DNA from: Nitrospinaceae bacterium | GTDB taxonomy: Bacteria; Nitrospinota; Nitrospinia; Nitrospinales; Nitrospinaceae | Assembly (NCBI GenBank): GCA_965223665.1 | Contig: OZ245011.1 | Span: 3,936,001 to 4,000,000 of the forward strand | Direction: 5' to 3' | DNA length: 64,000 nucleotides | In this document: positions 52,366 through 61,423 of the stretch, piece by piece | How the letters are laid out: each line of letters begins with the position of its first letter | How positions within the stretch are numbered: position 1 is the first letter of the stretch | Notes under the pieces: model-generated | Database searches by the model: none | Told to the model about the DNA's origin: nothing | What the model saw: only the letters and a program-made list of their open reading frames with translations | Position numbers and translations under genes: made by a program

Positions 52366-52752
52366 ATGAATACCAACGATATTAGTCCAAAGCCACAAAC
52401 CAAACACTTTTCAAAAGTTAGTCTCCGTCGGGGACAACAAGTCATTTCTAATATTTCTACACACTTGTTGATTCCTGGAATCAAAAGTGGAAAACTTTTT
52501 AAAACAGATGAATTTTCTGGGGATGGAGTACAGTGGATTGGTTTAGGAGATCACCACCAACTAAAAGACCAGTTTCCAGAGTTTTCTACCAATGAAATTA
52601 AAGTAGAAGGATATGAATATCTAAACTTTTTTGAAATTGAGCAATCTTCAGGAGAAAAAGGTGAAGAATTGTCTCCCTCCTCAACGGCTCCACCAAATTT
52701 TGAAAATGAATTAGGGCGTTTGGCTGAAATGATTGAAGATATTAATGGGTAA
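52366..52752 (+). CDS. hypothetical protein
   Basis: ATG 52366 follows GAGG; no motif recognised. Confidence 0.6.
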   Translation: MNTNDISPKPQTKHFSKVSLRRGQQVISNISTHLLIPGIKSGKLFKTDEFSGDGVQWIGLGDHHQLKDQFPEFSTNEIKVEGYEYLNFFEIEQSSGEKGEELSPSSTAPPNFENELGRLAEMIEDING

Positions 52753-52756
52753 TTAA

Positions 52757-53314
52757 ATGGATCCTTTGGTTATATTACTGGGTTCTGTCGCCCTTATGGT
52801 TTTCCTGTGGTTCTTTTTCGCTAAAAAAAACATTCCTGATTTACCCTTACCAGTTACGGGGAATACTCTTTCGGTTTTAAAAACCTTGGGGCCTGAATAT
52901 GAAATATTTCAAAATGTGATTTTAGCCTCTCCCACTGGAATGATGGATATTGATTTTGTGATTGTTTCTCCATATGGAGTTTTTGTAGTAAACGAAAGGT
53001 TGGATTCTGGAAAAATTAGCGTGCAACCGGGTCAACGGGAATGGAGAATAACAGGTTTTGGGAAAAGTGACACAATTAACAATCCTCTTTGGAAAAACCG
53101 TCAAGCAATTAATTTTCTTCAAGAGAAAGTGGGTTCAATTCGAGTCAAATCATTGGTTGTTTTTGTAAATGCTACATTAAAAGGATTGCGCGACCCGGAT
53201 GTAGTGACCCTGAATAATTTAATTCCGAGAATTCAGGAGTTCCACCAGGTGCAGATTGAGGATAATCAAAGGAAAGAAATTTTAAATGTTTTGGGCCGTC
53301 AATATTCCAATTAA
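52757..53314 (+). CDS. membrane-anchored NERD-domain (nuclease-related) protein
   Basis: N-terminal TM; DIDFVIVSPYGVFVVNE and NPLWKN..A pattern. Confidence 0.78.
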   Translation: MDPLVILLGSVALMVFLWFFFAKKNIPDLPLPVTGNTLSVLKTLGPEYEIFQNVILASPTGMMDIDFVIVSPYGVFVVNERLDSGKISVQPGQREWRITGFGKSDTINNPLWKNRQAINFLQEKVGSIRVKSLVVFVNATLKGLRDPDVVTLNNLIPRIQEFHQVQIEDNQRKEILNVLGRQYSN

Positions 53315-53350
53315 TGGAATTTAATGAATTTGGTTAGGCGGTATTGTGAA

Positions 53351-53374
53351 GAGGGTTCTCGCCAGAGAACCCTC
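53351..53374. terminator. GC-rich hairpin between convergent genes
   Basis: GAGGGTTCTC-GCCA-GAGAACCCTC perfect 10-bp stem; no strong U-tract. Confidence 0.55.
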
Positions 53375-53395
53375 ACATATATTAGAAATTATCTT

Positions 53396-53581
53396 TTAAG
53401 CAATAACATCTACATTATTGCCAGGGGCATTTTTGGGTTTTGTTACTGTAGATTCAAGTAATGATTTTACGGCATCACCCTGTTGTTCCTGCGCGTCTAA
53501 AGCTTTTTTTGCTCCTGAAACTGCCAATTCGTTTCCTACCGCTGCAGCTCCAGAATGACTAGCACTTGTACCTTCGACCAT
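53396..53581 (-). CDS. YjfB-family putative motility protein
   Basis: AVSGAKKALDAQEQQGDAVKSLL and GNNVDV.A. ATG 53581 follows GGAGGA. Confidence 0.7.
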   Translation of the reverse strand: MVEGTSASHSGAAAVGNELAVSGAKKALDAQEQQGDAVKSLLESTVTKPKNAPGNNVDVIA

Positions 53582-53616
53582 AGTTCCTCCAGATAAAATT
53601 AGCCTTATCCTTTTAT

Positions 53617-53643
53617 TTAGCGGAAATATTAATGAAAACCTTA
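53617..53643 (-). promoter_or_regulatory. possible sigma-28 promoter
   Basis: TAAG-N15-TCCGCTAA versus consensus TAAA-N15-GCCGATAA, upstream of the YjfB-like gene. Confidence 0.35.
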
Positions 53644-53851
53644 GTTTGAACGGCAAGAATTCAAGAATAAAATTGGTTTTTTTCGCTCCTATCTTTGAAA
53701 TGACCGGTTTCTCAAAGGAAAATAAAGTTTATTAGCAGATTTAAAATAATATTGATAAAATTTTACTTTCCCAGGCAGTTGAAGTCTTAATATTTGATAG
53801 AATATCAACCAATTTCGGTTTATTACCTTATTTTGATGTAGAGGGTGGATT

Positions 53852-54415
53852 ATGAAAAGAATTTCCAAGATAGTTGTTTTTTCATTTGTTTTGTTTTTTG
53901 CTTTTTCAATATTAAAAAATGTGGCAGCTGATGAATCACATAAAAATCCCTTTGCGAGTTTAGCACCTAAAAGTTGTGACCTGAATAAGACCACCATTTG
54001 TACCATGGAGGTCTGGCTGGAGCACAGACATAAGAAAAATAAAAAAGCTTTGCGTCAAATATTAAAAGACCGTTCAATTAAAGTCATACGCAATACCTTT
54101 CAATTTTGGAAACCAAAAGGGGGACATCCTCCTACTAATATTGCAATTGGTGCCGGTTTAACAGCTGAGGATGCCAGATGGGTAATCGAGTTTGCTCTGA
54201 AGCATAATGATGAAATCAATGGTCTAATTTTACAGAGACTAAATCCTCCTTTTTATGTTGCTATAGCCACCTCGGCATGGGATGAAAAAAGTGAAACTAA
54301 AATTACCCTGGAGCAGTTAAACCAATTGCGTGACCCTAAGTTGACTACTGAAGAATTTCATAAATTGTACGTGGAACTCACAGGAGAGAAGAATATTGCC
54401 CAAACTTTTTATTAG
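53852..54415 (+). CDS. hypothetical exported protein
   Basis: Signal peptide (VAA/D) and a Cys pair; no family recognised. Confidence 0.7.
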   Translation: MKRISKIVVFSFVLFFAFSILKNVAADESHKNPFASLAPKSCDLNKTTICTMEVWLEHRHKKNKKALRQILKDRSIKVIRNTFQFWKPKGGHPPTNIAIGAGLTAEDARWVIEFALKHNDEINGLILQRLNPPFYVAIATSAWDEKSETKITLEQLNQLRDPKLTTEEFHKLYVELTGEKNIAQTFY

Positions 54416-54485
54416 TAAAGGTTAAAATCAATAACAGACTAATAAATTGTCTGTTACACTGTTAATCGCGTGATTTGAGAAAGGT

Positions 54486-54514
54486 TTGACAAAGCCTACC
54501 GCATTTGATAAAAG
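54486..54514 (+). promoter_or_regulatory. sigma-70-like promoter for yajC-secDF
   Basis: TTGACA-N17-TAAAAG with an extended TG. Confidence 0.4.
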
Positions 54515-54733
54515 CGACTGTTTTGCTTTTTCATTTTGATGAAATCCGTGAAGCCTAGCTTACAAACCTGTTTTTCCCAAAAATGTAACCCTAGGAATTA
54601 GTTAGAAGACTTCTGAAAAAGTTTTTCTTTATTGCTTCTTTAAAGAATTTATTTTTATGGTGGCAGTTCAAGATGTTTGAAGTTTTCTAGTAATGATAAA
54701 ATTAATTCCTTTTTCCAAATGTTGGAATGAATT

Positions 54734-55111
54734 ATGTTTGATCTATCCATGTTAAATTGGGCTATTTCAATGGCACCTCCACCAGAAGGTCAGCAACCAG
54801 GTGGCGGCAGTTTTTTATCTATTCTGCCCCCCATCATTATCATGTTTTTGATCTTCTATTTCATTTTGATTCGACCCCAGCAAAAGAAACAAGCTGAAAC
54901 TAGAAAAATGCTGGATGACTTAAAAGAAGGTGATAATGTTGTTACCCTTAGCGGAATCCATGGAACCATAAAAAAATTGAAAGAGGATGTTGTTACGCTA
55001 CAGATTGCTGATAATGTTCGAATAAAAATCAATCGCACCTCGATAGGTGTTACAAAAGAAACTAATACCAACACTAAAGAAAAAGAACCTGAAAAAGGAA
55101 AAAATAAATAA
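54734..55111 (+). CDS. yajC: preprotein translocase subunit YajC
   Basis: FYFILIRPQQKKQ, GDNVVTLSGIHG. Confidence 0.95.
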   Translation: MFDLSMLNWAISMAPPPEGQQPGGGSFLSILPPIIIMFLIFYFILIRPQQKKQAETRKMLDDLKEGDNVVTLSGIHGTIKKLKEDVVTLQIADNVRIKINRTSIGVTKETNTNTKEKEPEKGKNK

Positions 55112-55150
55112 TTTCAACATTTGTTTATTAATTAAGTTTAAATTGAATTT

Positions 55151-56707
55151 ATGTTTAAAGATCTTCGTTGGAAAATCCCACTCATTTTAATTGTTGTTCT
55201 AGGAGCAGCCTTTCTTGCTTATCCCCTTAAGGAAAAGATAAATTTAGGTCTGGACTTGCAGGGTGGAATGCATCTTGTTTTAGAGGTGCAAACTGAAAAA
55301 GCTGTAGAATCTGCAATGGAACAAAGGGCAGATGACATTAAACATGCATTGGAAGATGAGGATATTGAAGTAGATCGAGTAAAAGCTGATTTGGAAGAAA
55401 ATACTGTCCACGTAATATTGGTTGATAAAATTGATGTTCCGGGCTCAGAGACTATTTTAAAGAACTACCCTTCCTTAGAAAAAACAAGAACCGGTCGTGA
55501 TGGTTTAGAACTGGTTTACCAATTGCGAGATGATGAAAAACGCTTTATAGAAGAGAATGCTGTTCAGCAGGGCTTAGAAACCATTCGAAATCGCGTGGAC
55601 CAGTTCGGGGTTGCAGAACCCTCCATCCAAGTCCAAGGGGATCGACGGATTCTTGTCCAATTGCCTGGGATCAAAGATGCAAAACGGGCTATTGATTTAA
55701 TTGGTAAAACAGCACGATTAGAATTCAAATTAATTAACGAAACGTTGAGTCCCCAGGAAGCTCTTAAGGGATCGATGCCAGAAGATAGTGAGGTTCTTTA
55801 TCAAAAGAAGATTGATGATAAAACAGGAAAAGTTACTGGTAAGGATCCTTATTTGGTTAAAAAAAGGACTTTAGTAACAGGAGATATGCTGACTTCCGCA
55901 GACGTTCGATTTGATAATCAATTTAATGAACCTTATGTAGCGTTAAGTTTTAACAGCGTGGGTGCCCAAACATTTTTTGATGTAACTCGTAAAAATCTTA
56001 ATAAACGATTGGCAATTGTATTAGATGATAACGTGTATTCTGCGCCTGTAATTCGTGAAGAAATTCCCGGTGGTAATGCCCAAATCACCGGCCAATTCAG
56101 TTTAAATGAAGCAAAAGATCTTGCTATCGCCTTGCGCGCAGGAGCCTTGCCAGCACCGGTAAAAATACTTGAGAATAGAACGGTGGGTCCTTCTTTGGGA
56201 AGGGATTCGGTTGAAGCTGGAGTCAAATCGATTATTTTAGGATTTGTATTGGTATTGATATTCATTGCAATCTATTACAAGTTATCGGGTTTGGTAGCTG
56301 TTGGTGCTCTTTTTCTTAATTTAGTTTTGTTGCTTGGAGCTTTGGCTTATTTCGGAGCTTCTTTAACTCTTCCTGGAATTGCAGGCATTCTTCTCACGGT
56401 GGGAATGGCTATTGATGCAAATGTGTTGGTTTTTGAGCGAATTCGTGAAGAAATAAAAATAGGAAAGACCGTAAGAGCTGCTATTGATGCGGGATTTAGT
56501 AAGGCTTTTAGAACAATTGTTGATGCGAATGTAACCACTTTTATCGCAGCTATTGTATTGTTTCAATTTGGGACAGGACCCATTAAAGGGTTTGCTATAA
56601 CCCTTTGTATTGGTATCGCGGCCAGTATGTTCACCGCAGTTTTTGTAAGTCGTACCACTTTTGATTCCTTGATGAGTCGTAAAAAAATTGAACGCCTAAG
56701 TATCTAA
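55151..56707 (+). CDS. secD: protein translocase subunit SecD
   Basis: LGLDLQGG, RVDQFGVAEP, VGPSLG, AIDANVLVFERIREE. Confidence 0.97.
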   Translation: MFKDLRWKIPLILIVVLGAAFLAYPLKEKINLGLDLQGGMHLVLEVQTEKAVESAMEQRADDIKHALEDEDIEVDRVKADLEENTVHVILVDKIDVPGSETILKNYPSLEKTRTGRDGLELVYQLRDDEKRFIEENAVQQGLETIRNRVDQFGVAEPSIQVQGDRRILVQLPGIKDAKRAIDLIGKTARLEFKLINETLSPQEALKGSMPEDSEVLYQKKIDDKTGKVTGKDPYLVKKRTLVTGDMLTSADVRFDNQFNEPYVALSFNSVGAQTFFDVTRKNLNKRLAIVLDDNVYSAPVIREEIPGGNAQITGQFSLNEAKDLAIALRAGALPAPVKILENRTVGPSLGRDSVEAGVKSIILGFVLVLIFIAIYYKLSGLVAVGALFLNLVLLLGALAYFGASLTLPGIAGILLTVGMAIDANVLVFERIREEIKIGKTVRAAIDAGFSKAFRTIVDANVTTFIAAIVLFQFGTGPIKGFAITLCIGIAASMFTAVFVSRTTFDSLMSRKKIERLSI

Positions 56708-56733
56708 AGATCCTTTTAAATATAAAAAAATTA

Positions 56734-57639
56734 ATGGAAATCTTTAAAACACAAACCCATTTTGATTTTATGGGCAAATTTAAACTGGCCATGTTATTTT
56801 CTGGTCTTTTGATTGTTGCCAGTTTAGTTTCAATTGCTGTCCATGGAGGATTAAGATTTGGAATCGATTTTACGGGAGGGACCCTGGTACAGCTTAAGTT
56901 TCAAAACCCACCCTCTCTGGATACTATTCGGTCTGGATTAAAAGATATAGGTTTGTCTGACAGTGCAATTCAAGAATTCGGATCCAAAAACGATATTCTT
57001 ATTCGTGTGGAGCGCCCGGATGAAAGCCTTGAAGAAATGGGTTCAAAAATTAAGGAAGCCTTAAAAACGAAGATTGGGGGCGGAGAAATTACAGTTGAGC
57101 GAGTGGAAATGGTTGGTCCCAAGGTAGGGGCAGACCTTCGTGAAAAAGCTTTTTTATCTATAATTTATGCAATAATCGGCATAATTATTTATATTTCCTG
57201 GCGGTTTGAATTCCAATATGCCATTGCTGCCATCATTGCTCTCATTCATGATGTAGCTATAACCATGGGTGCCTTTTCGGTTATGAACAAAGAATTTACC
57301 CTGGTAATTGTGGCCGCCTTTTTGACCATTATAGGTTATTCATTGAATGATACTATTGTTGTCTTTGATCGTATTCGTGAAAATTTAAGAAGGCGAGGAA
57401 AAGATTCTTTAGCAACTGTTATTAACACTAGCATCAATCAAACACTTAGCCGAACCCTCCTTACTTCCGGAACTACTTTATTAGTAGTTATTGCCCTGTT
57501 TTTCCTAGGGGGCGAAATTATCCATGACTTCTCTTTTGCTTTATTAATAGGAGTGATTGTGGGTACTTACTCTTCCATTTTTATTGCCAGCGTGTTCTTG
57601 GTCCTTTGGGAAGGTCGAAAAAAAAATAAAAGAGCTTAA
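56734..57639 (+). CDS. secF: protein translocase subunit SecF
   Basis: GIDFTGG, VGPKVG, GYSLNDTIVVFDRIRE. Confidence 0.97.
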   Translation: MEIFKTQTHFDFMGKFKLAMLFSGLLIVASLVSIAVHGGLRFGIDFTGGTLVQLKFQNPPSLDTIRSGLKDIGLSDSAIQEFGSKNDILIRVERPDESLEEMGSKIKEALKTKIGGGEITVERVEMVGPKVGADLREKAFLSIIYAIIGIIIYISWRFEFQYAIAAIIALIHDVAITMGAFSVMNKEFTLVIVAAFLTIIGYSLNDTIVVFDRIRENLRRRGKDSLATVINTSINQTLSRTLLTSGTTLLVVIALFFLGGEIIHDFSFALLIGVIVGTYSSIFIASVFLVLWEGRKKNKRA

Positions 57640-59504
57640 CTTTGATTTTGATTAAGTGGCGTAAGTTTCTGAACGGGTTTAGACCAAGTTATATACCGCC
57701 AAGCTGTCTTAAAGCAAAACTTTGCGAAGGCCCACGAAATCCTTGTCATGGTGGGAAAGCAATGAAAAAATCCTTTAATCAGTTTAATTTTTGGAGCGTG
57801 TCTCATTAGATCGAACATGGCGCCATTAAATACGTCCGTGATTTCAATGGCTTTATGAAAAGTATCAAAATCATCTAATGTCATTGTGATCATACGTATT
57901 TCCGGGGATGAATCTTTATGGACATCGAGATAAATTTGATCCTTTTGCATTCGAAAATGAAATACTACCGATTGTTCACCATCTAATAGAATTCTCAAAG
58001 AAAACTTTCTGATAAATAACATGGAAAACTTAAAGCGTGATTTCATTTTTCTGGATTTTTGGTATTTATTAAAACCCGCTTTATAAAAGTCCCACATGAA
58101 ACTATTGCGCGATTGTTTGTCATCTCGACGTTGGATATCGTATAAAAAAAGCATAATGACGGATATATACATGAAATGAAAAACCATGGCAGGAACAGAT
58201 TTTTGTTTGTTGAAAATAAAAGGAATTCCATGAGTAGCTCCATAGCAATAAGAGAGGAGATTTCTTAATTCGGAGCGTTCCATGTTTTCAAGATGTACAA
58301 CTGTACCGAAATTGTTATAACAATCCCAGTCAAATGAATCGATTAGCTTTTTCTCTTCATATTCCCGGTAAATTTGAGTGCCTGGGTAGGGTGTCATTAC
58401 AAAATAAAGTGCACGATGACCCAGTCCCATCTGTTTAGCAAATTCCGGGTATTTTAAAATATCCTCTTTTGTTTCATGTGGATGGCCAATGATAAGAAAC
58501 CCTTCGCATTTGATCCCGGCTTTTTGAACAATTTCAATAGCAGCCTCATGTTTTTGAATGGATCCACCTTTGCGAAGTCTTTTAAATGTTTCCTTATCAG
58601 GGCTTTCTACACCTACTTGAATTTTGTCAAATCCAATTCGCTTTAATTCTTTCATTAAATGCTTACAGCGAATTACATCGTCAGAACGGGATTCAGTGAT
58701 GATTTTGAAGTTGGTCAGATCATTTTTGAACATCAATTCAACTATTCTTTCCACTCTGTTGGCATCAAACAAGAAAATGGAATCCCAAAATTTGATCGTT
58801 TTTTTAAGATGTTTATTATGGATAAGCTTTAATTCTTCAATGAAATGCTCAGGGCTACGAGCCCTGAACTGTTGGTTCATAGTATCATTGGCGCAAAAAG
58901 TACACTTTGCAATACACCCTCGAGAGCTATAAAGTGTATCGATTGTATAATCGTCCCCATTTTCCCCAAAACGGAGAGGGCGAATACTCCTTAATGGCTG
59001 AGGGAGGCTGTCCATTTCTTGAATAAGGGGTCTATCAATATTATGAATCGGTTCATCCTTTTCTTTAAATGACAAACCTAATACATCTTTGCTGGGACCA
59101 TTGTTCACTAAATCTTTTAAGGTCCAATCCCCCTCACCTCGAATTACTGCATCTACGTTTGGATCTGCAAGAACATCATCCGTTAACGCAGTCGGGTGGT
59201 ATCCACCCATAACTACATAAGCTCCAGCTTCTCGGGCAATTCGGGCATACTGACGTGCATGGTTGTAGCCTCCAGTCATTGTGGATATTCCCACAAAATC
59301 AAATTTGTGATCCTTTAAACTTTTTTCAAATACTTGATAAGGGTTGGTATCGAATGGTGAAACGGGAATAGTTACATACTCGACATCATTTTCGATAACT
59401 GCTCCCAAATAGCAAATTTCCACTAAATCCGAGCAATAGACGTCAATGGGAGGTTCCCAATTTTGTTGGGCCTTTAACAGGGCGATTCGTTTAAAGTAAC
59501 TCAT
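57636..59504 (-). CDS. cobalamin-binding radical SAM enzyme (class B-like)
   Basis: B12-binding domain (GGYHPT, GEG), SRGCIAKCTFC, TPYPGT; long C-terminal extension. Confidence 0.88.
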   Translation of the reverse strand: MSYFKRIALLKAQQNWEPPIDVYCSDLVEICYLGAVIENDVEYVTIPVSPFDTNPYQVFEKSLKDHKFDFVGISTMTGGYNHARQYARIAREAGAYVVMGGYHPTALTDDVLADPNVDAVIRGEGDWTLKDLVNNGPSKDVLGLSFKEKDEPIHNIDRPLIQEMDSLPQPLRSIRPLRFGENGDDYTIDTLYSSRGCIAKCTFCANDTMNQQFRARSPEHFIEELKLIHNKHLKKTIKFWDSIFLFDANRVERIVELMFKNDLTNFKIITESRSDDVIRCKHLMKELKRIGFDKIQVGVESPDKETFKRLRKGGSIQKHEAAIEIVQKAGIKCEGFLIIGHPHETKEDILKYPEFAKQMGLGHRALYFVMTPYPGTQIYREYEEKKLIDSFDWDCYNNFGTVVHLENMERSELRNLLSYCYGATHGIPFIFNKQKSVPAMVFHFMYISVIMLFLYDIQRRDDKQSRNSFMWDFYKAGFNKYQKSRKMKSRFKFSMLFIRKFSLRILLDGEQSVVFHFRMQKDQIYLDVHKDSSPEIRMITMTLDDFDTFHKAIEITDVFNGAMFDLMRHAPKIKLIKGFFHCFPTMTRISWAFAKFCFKTAWRYITWSKPVQKLTPLNQNQS

Positions 59505-59862
59505 AATTATCTCTATGAAAGTAGGAGGGAACCCTAGGAAAACAACCTAGGGAAAAATAAATGACCTTTAAATTTATAGCACAAAATATTTTTTGTGTTT
59601 CTTATTATTATTTTTGTATAGTCTTTTTTGAGAAGTTTTTTCAATAGCTTTGAATATTACTTGGAGTGACTTAAGCATTGATACTGGTTATCATCATAGT
59701 GCCCAAATGGGGTAAAGAAATATCGTGGTTTGATAAGTCATCATTTTTAAAGCAATTAGGCTTTTATGTCTTAAGAATAAAATTGCAAAGACTAATTCGC
59801 CGTGATAAATTCATTCAGGCTTGTTGATATTCGTGACTTAATTTAGGAGCACTATTTAATTT

Positions 59863-60609
59863 ATGAACGTCCAATTACAACGACTAGTTAATCTTCAGGA
59901 ATTGGATATAGAAATTTCCGATCAAAATAAAATTCTGGGAATGATTCCAAAGCAGATTTCCAAGGGAGAATCAGAATTAGAAGAGAAGAAAGGTAAATTA
60001 AACTCGGTTTTGGAAGTTATTGAATCTTTGAAAAAGAATAGATCTCAATTAGAACAAGATGTTGTTGCAGAAAATGACCATATGGCTAAGACTAAAGCCA
60101 AACTCCCAAATATTAAGACCAATAAAGAATACAGCGCCCTTTTATCAGAAGTAGATGCCATTAAGGAAAAAATCAGCGGGATAGAAGAGCGAGAATTAGA
60201 GATAATGGAGGAGCTTGAGGAAAAAGAAAAGGAAATTCCGGGGTTAAAATCAGAATTTGAAGGATACGAAAAAGATTTTCTCATTTATAAAAAGCAAAAA
60301 GAGGAAGAACAAACTCGAGTTCAAAAAGAGTTAGATGAAATGAATAAGAATCGGGACGAATTAATCCAATCTATTGACCCTCCCTTGGTTCGCCATTATG
60401 TAAATGTCATAAAATTGAGAGGAGACCGTGCCGTTGTACTCCTTGAAGGTGAAATTTGCCAAGGTTGTTTTCACCAAATTCGTCCACAGTTAGCAATTGA
60501 GATAAAAAAGGGTGAAGACCTGAATCACTGCCAATATTGTGATCGTTACTTATACTGGGTCCCAAAAACGGAAACTGAGGAACAAACTCAAACTACAGTT
60601 TCGAAGTAG
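59863..60609 (+). CDS. coiled-coil C4 zinc-ribbon protein (DUF164/CT398-like)
   Basis: LQELD, TNKEYSAL, long coiled coil, CQGCF...CQYCDRYL. Confidence 0.88.
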   Translation: MNVQLQRLVNLQELDIEISDQNKILGMIPKQISKGESELEEKKGKLNSVLEVIESLKKNRSQLEQDVVAENDHMAKTKAKLPNIKTNKEYSALLSEVDAIKEKISGIEERELEIMEELEEKEKEIPGLKSEFEGYEKDFLIYKKQKEEEQTRVQKELDEMNKNRDELIQSIDPPLVRHYVNVIKLRGDRAVVLLEGEICQGCFHQIRPQLAIEIKKGEDLNHCQYCDRYLYWVPKTETEEQTQTTVSK

Positions 60610-60976
60610 ACCAGGCAGTCGCTTTTCTAATCCTTGAGATTAGAACAGAGGAAAGTCCGGGCTCCACAGGGCAGGATACTCTGTAACGCAGAGTGGGGGT
60701 GACCCTAAGGAAAGTGCCGCAGAAAATACACAGCCTACCCGAATGTTTTATTCGGCGGTAAAGGTGAAAAGGTGAGGTAAGAGCTCACCAGTATCGTTGG
60801 TGACAACGGTAGCTTGGTAAACCCTATCCGGAGCAAGATCGAATAGGAAGGCGTTTAAGGGCGGCCCGTCCAATGCTTTCGGGTTGATTGCTTGAGCCTG
60901 TCGGTAACGGCAGGCCTAGATTGATGACTGCCACCTTTGAAAGAAGGAACAGGACCCGGCTTATGGTCTACTTCGA
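60601..60976 (+). ncRNA. rnpB: RNase P RNA (bacterial class A)
   Basis: GAGGAAAGTCCGGGCT, GGAAAGTGCC..AGAAA, GGTAAACCC..CGGAGCAA, ACAGGACCCGGCTTA; P1 TCGAAGTAGACCA pairs with TGGTCTACTTCGA. Confidence 0.96.
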
Positions 60977-60990
60977 TCAAATTATCACGC

Positions 60991-61019
60991 TTTACATCTT
61001 AGAGAACGAATAATAAAAT
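60991..61019 (+). promoter_or_regulatory. sigma-70-like promoter for the 61041-63273 unit
   Basis: TTTACA-N17-TAAAAT. Confidence 0.5.
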
Positions 61020-61040
61020 AATTCTATTAGGGGATTTTTT

Positions 61041-61313
61041 ATGATTCGAATGGCTCAAAGAAAAAAATGGATATTGGCGATAGTATTGGCATTGTCAGTA
61101 TTTCTCATGCCTGTCACCCATAGTTTGGCAATGCAATCCAATATGGAAATGGAAAATTGTTCTCCTATTACAAAGTGCGCATCTTGTTCCGTTTCTATTT
61201 CATCTTTTGACCAAATAGGCGATAGCCTTATGCTATCCTTGGATTATATTATTCATCCCTATATCAGTTCTACATTTGTAATTTCAGAACCGCTATACCA
61301 CCCTCCCAAATAA
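61041..61313 (+). CDS. secreted leader protein with CxxC and C-terminal PP motif (DUF2946/CutF/CruR-like)
   Basis: Signal peptide, Met-rich stretch, C-x5-CASC, ends EPLYHPPK. Confidence 0.65.
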   Translation: MIRMAQRKKWILAIVLALSVFLMPVTHSLAMQSNMEMENCSPITKCASCSVSISSFDQIGDSLMLSLDYIIHPYISSTFVISEPLYHPPK

Positions 61314-61416
61314 CTCCTTTTTTTATTATTAATTAACTAATTACAATTTTCCGGTTATTTCGAGTAGCTATTACTCAAAATATATTGGAAAGATGCGTCT
61401 TCGTGAAGAAAAGGAG
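61314..61416 (+). promoter_or_regulatory. SD-sequestering RNA structure (putative translational attenuator)
   Basis: CTCCTTTTTTT (61314-61324) pairs with AAGAAAAGGAG (61406-61416) and encloses a hairpin at 61348-61391. Confidence 0.65.
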
Positions 61417-61423
61417 AAAATTC

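Noticed and set aside
53689-54006. Minus-strand 105-aa ORF
   Set aside because: Overlaps the signal-peptide-bearing plus-strand gene; no motif.
59666-59841. GTGACTTAA twice with a complementary TAAGTCA between them, suggesting a riboswitch-like switch
   Set aside because: Short and AT-rich. The likely promoter (59783-59811) lies downstream of the first two elements, and no cobalamin or SAM riboswitch core was seen.
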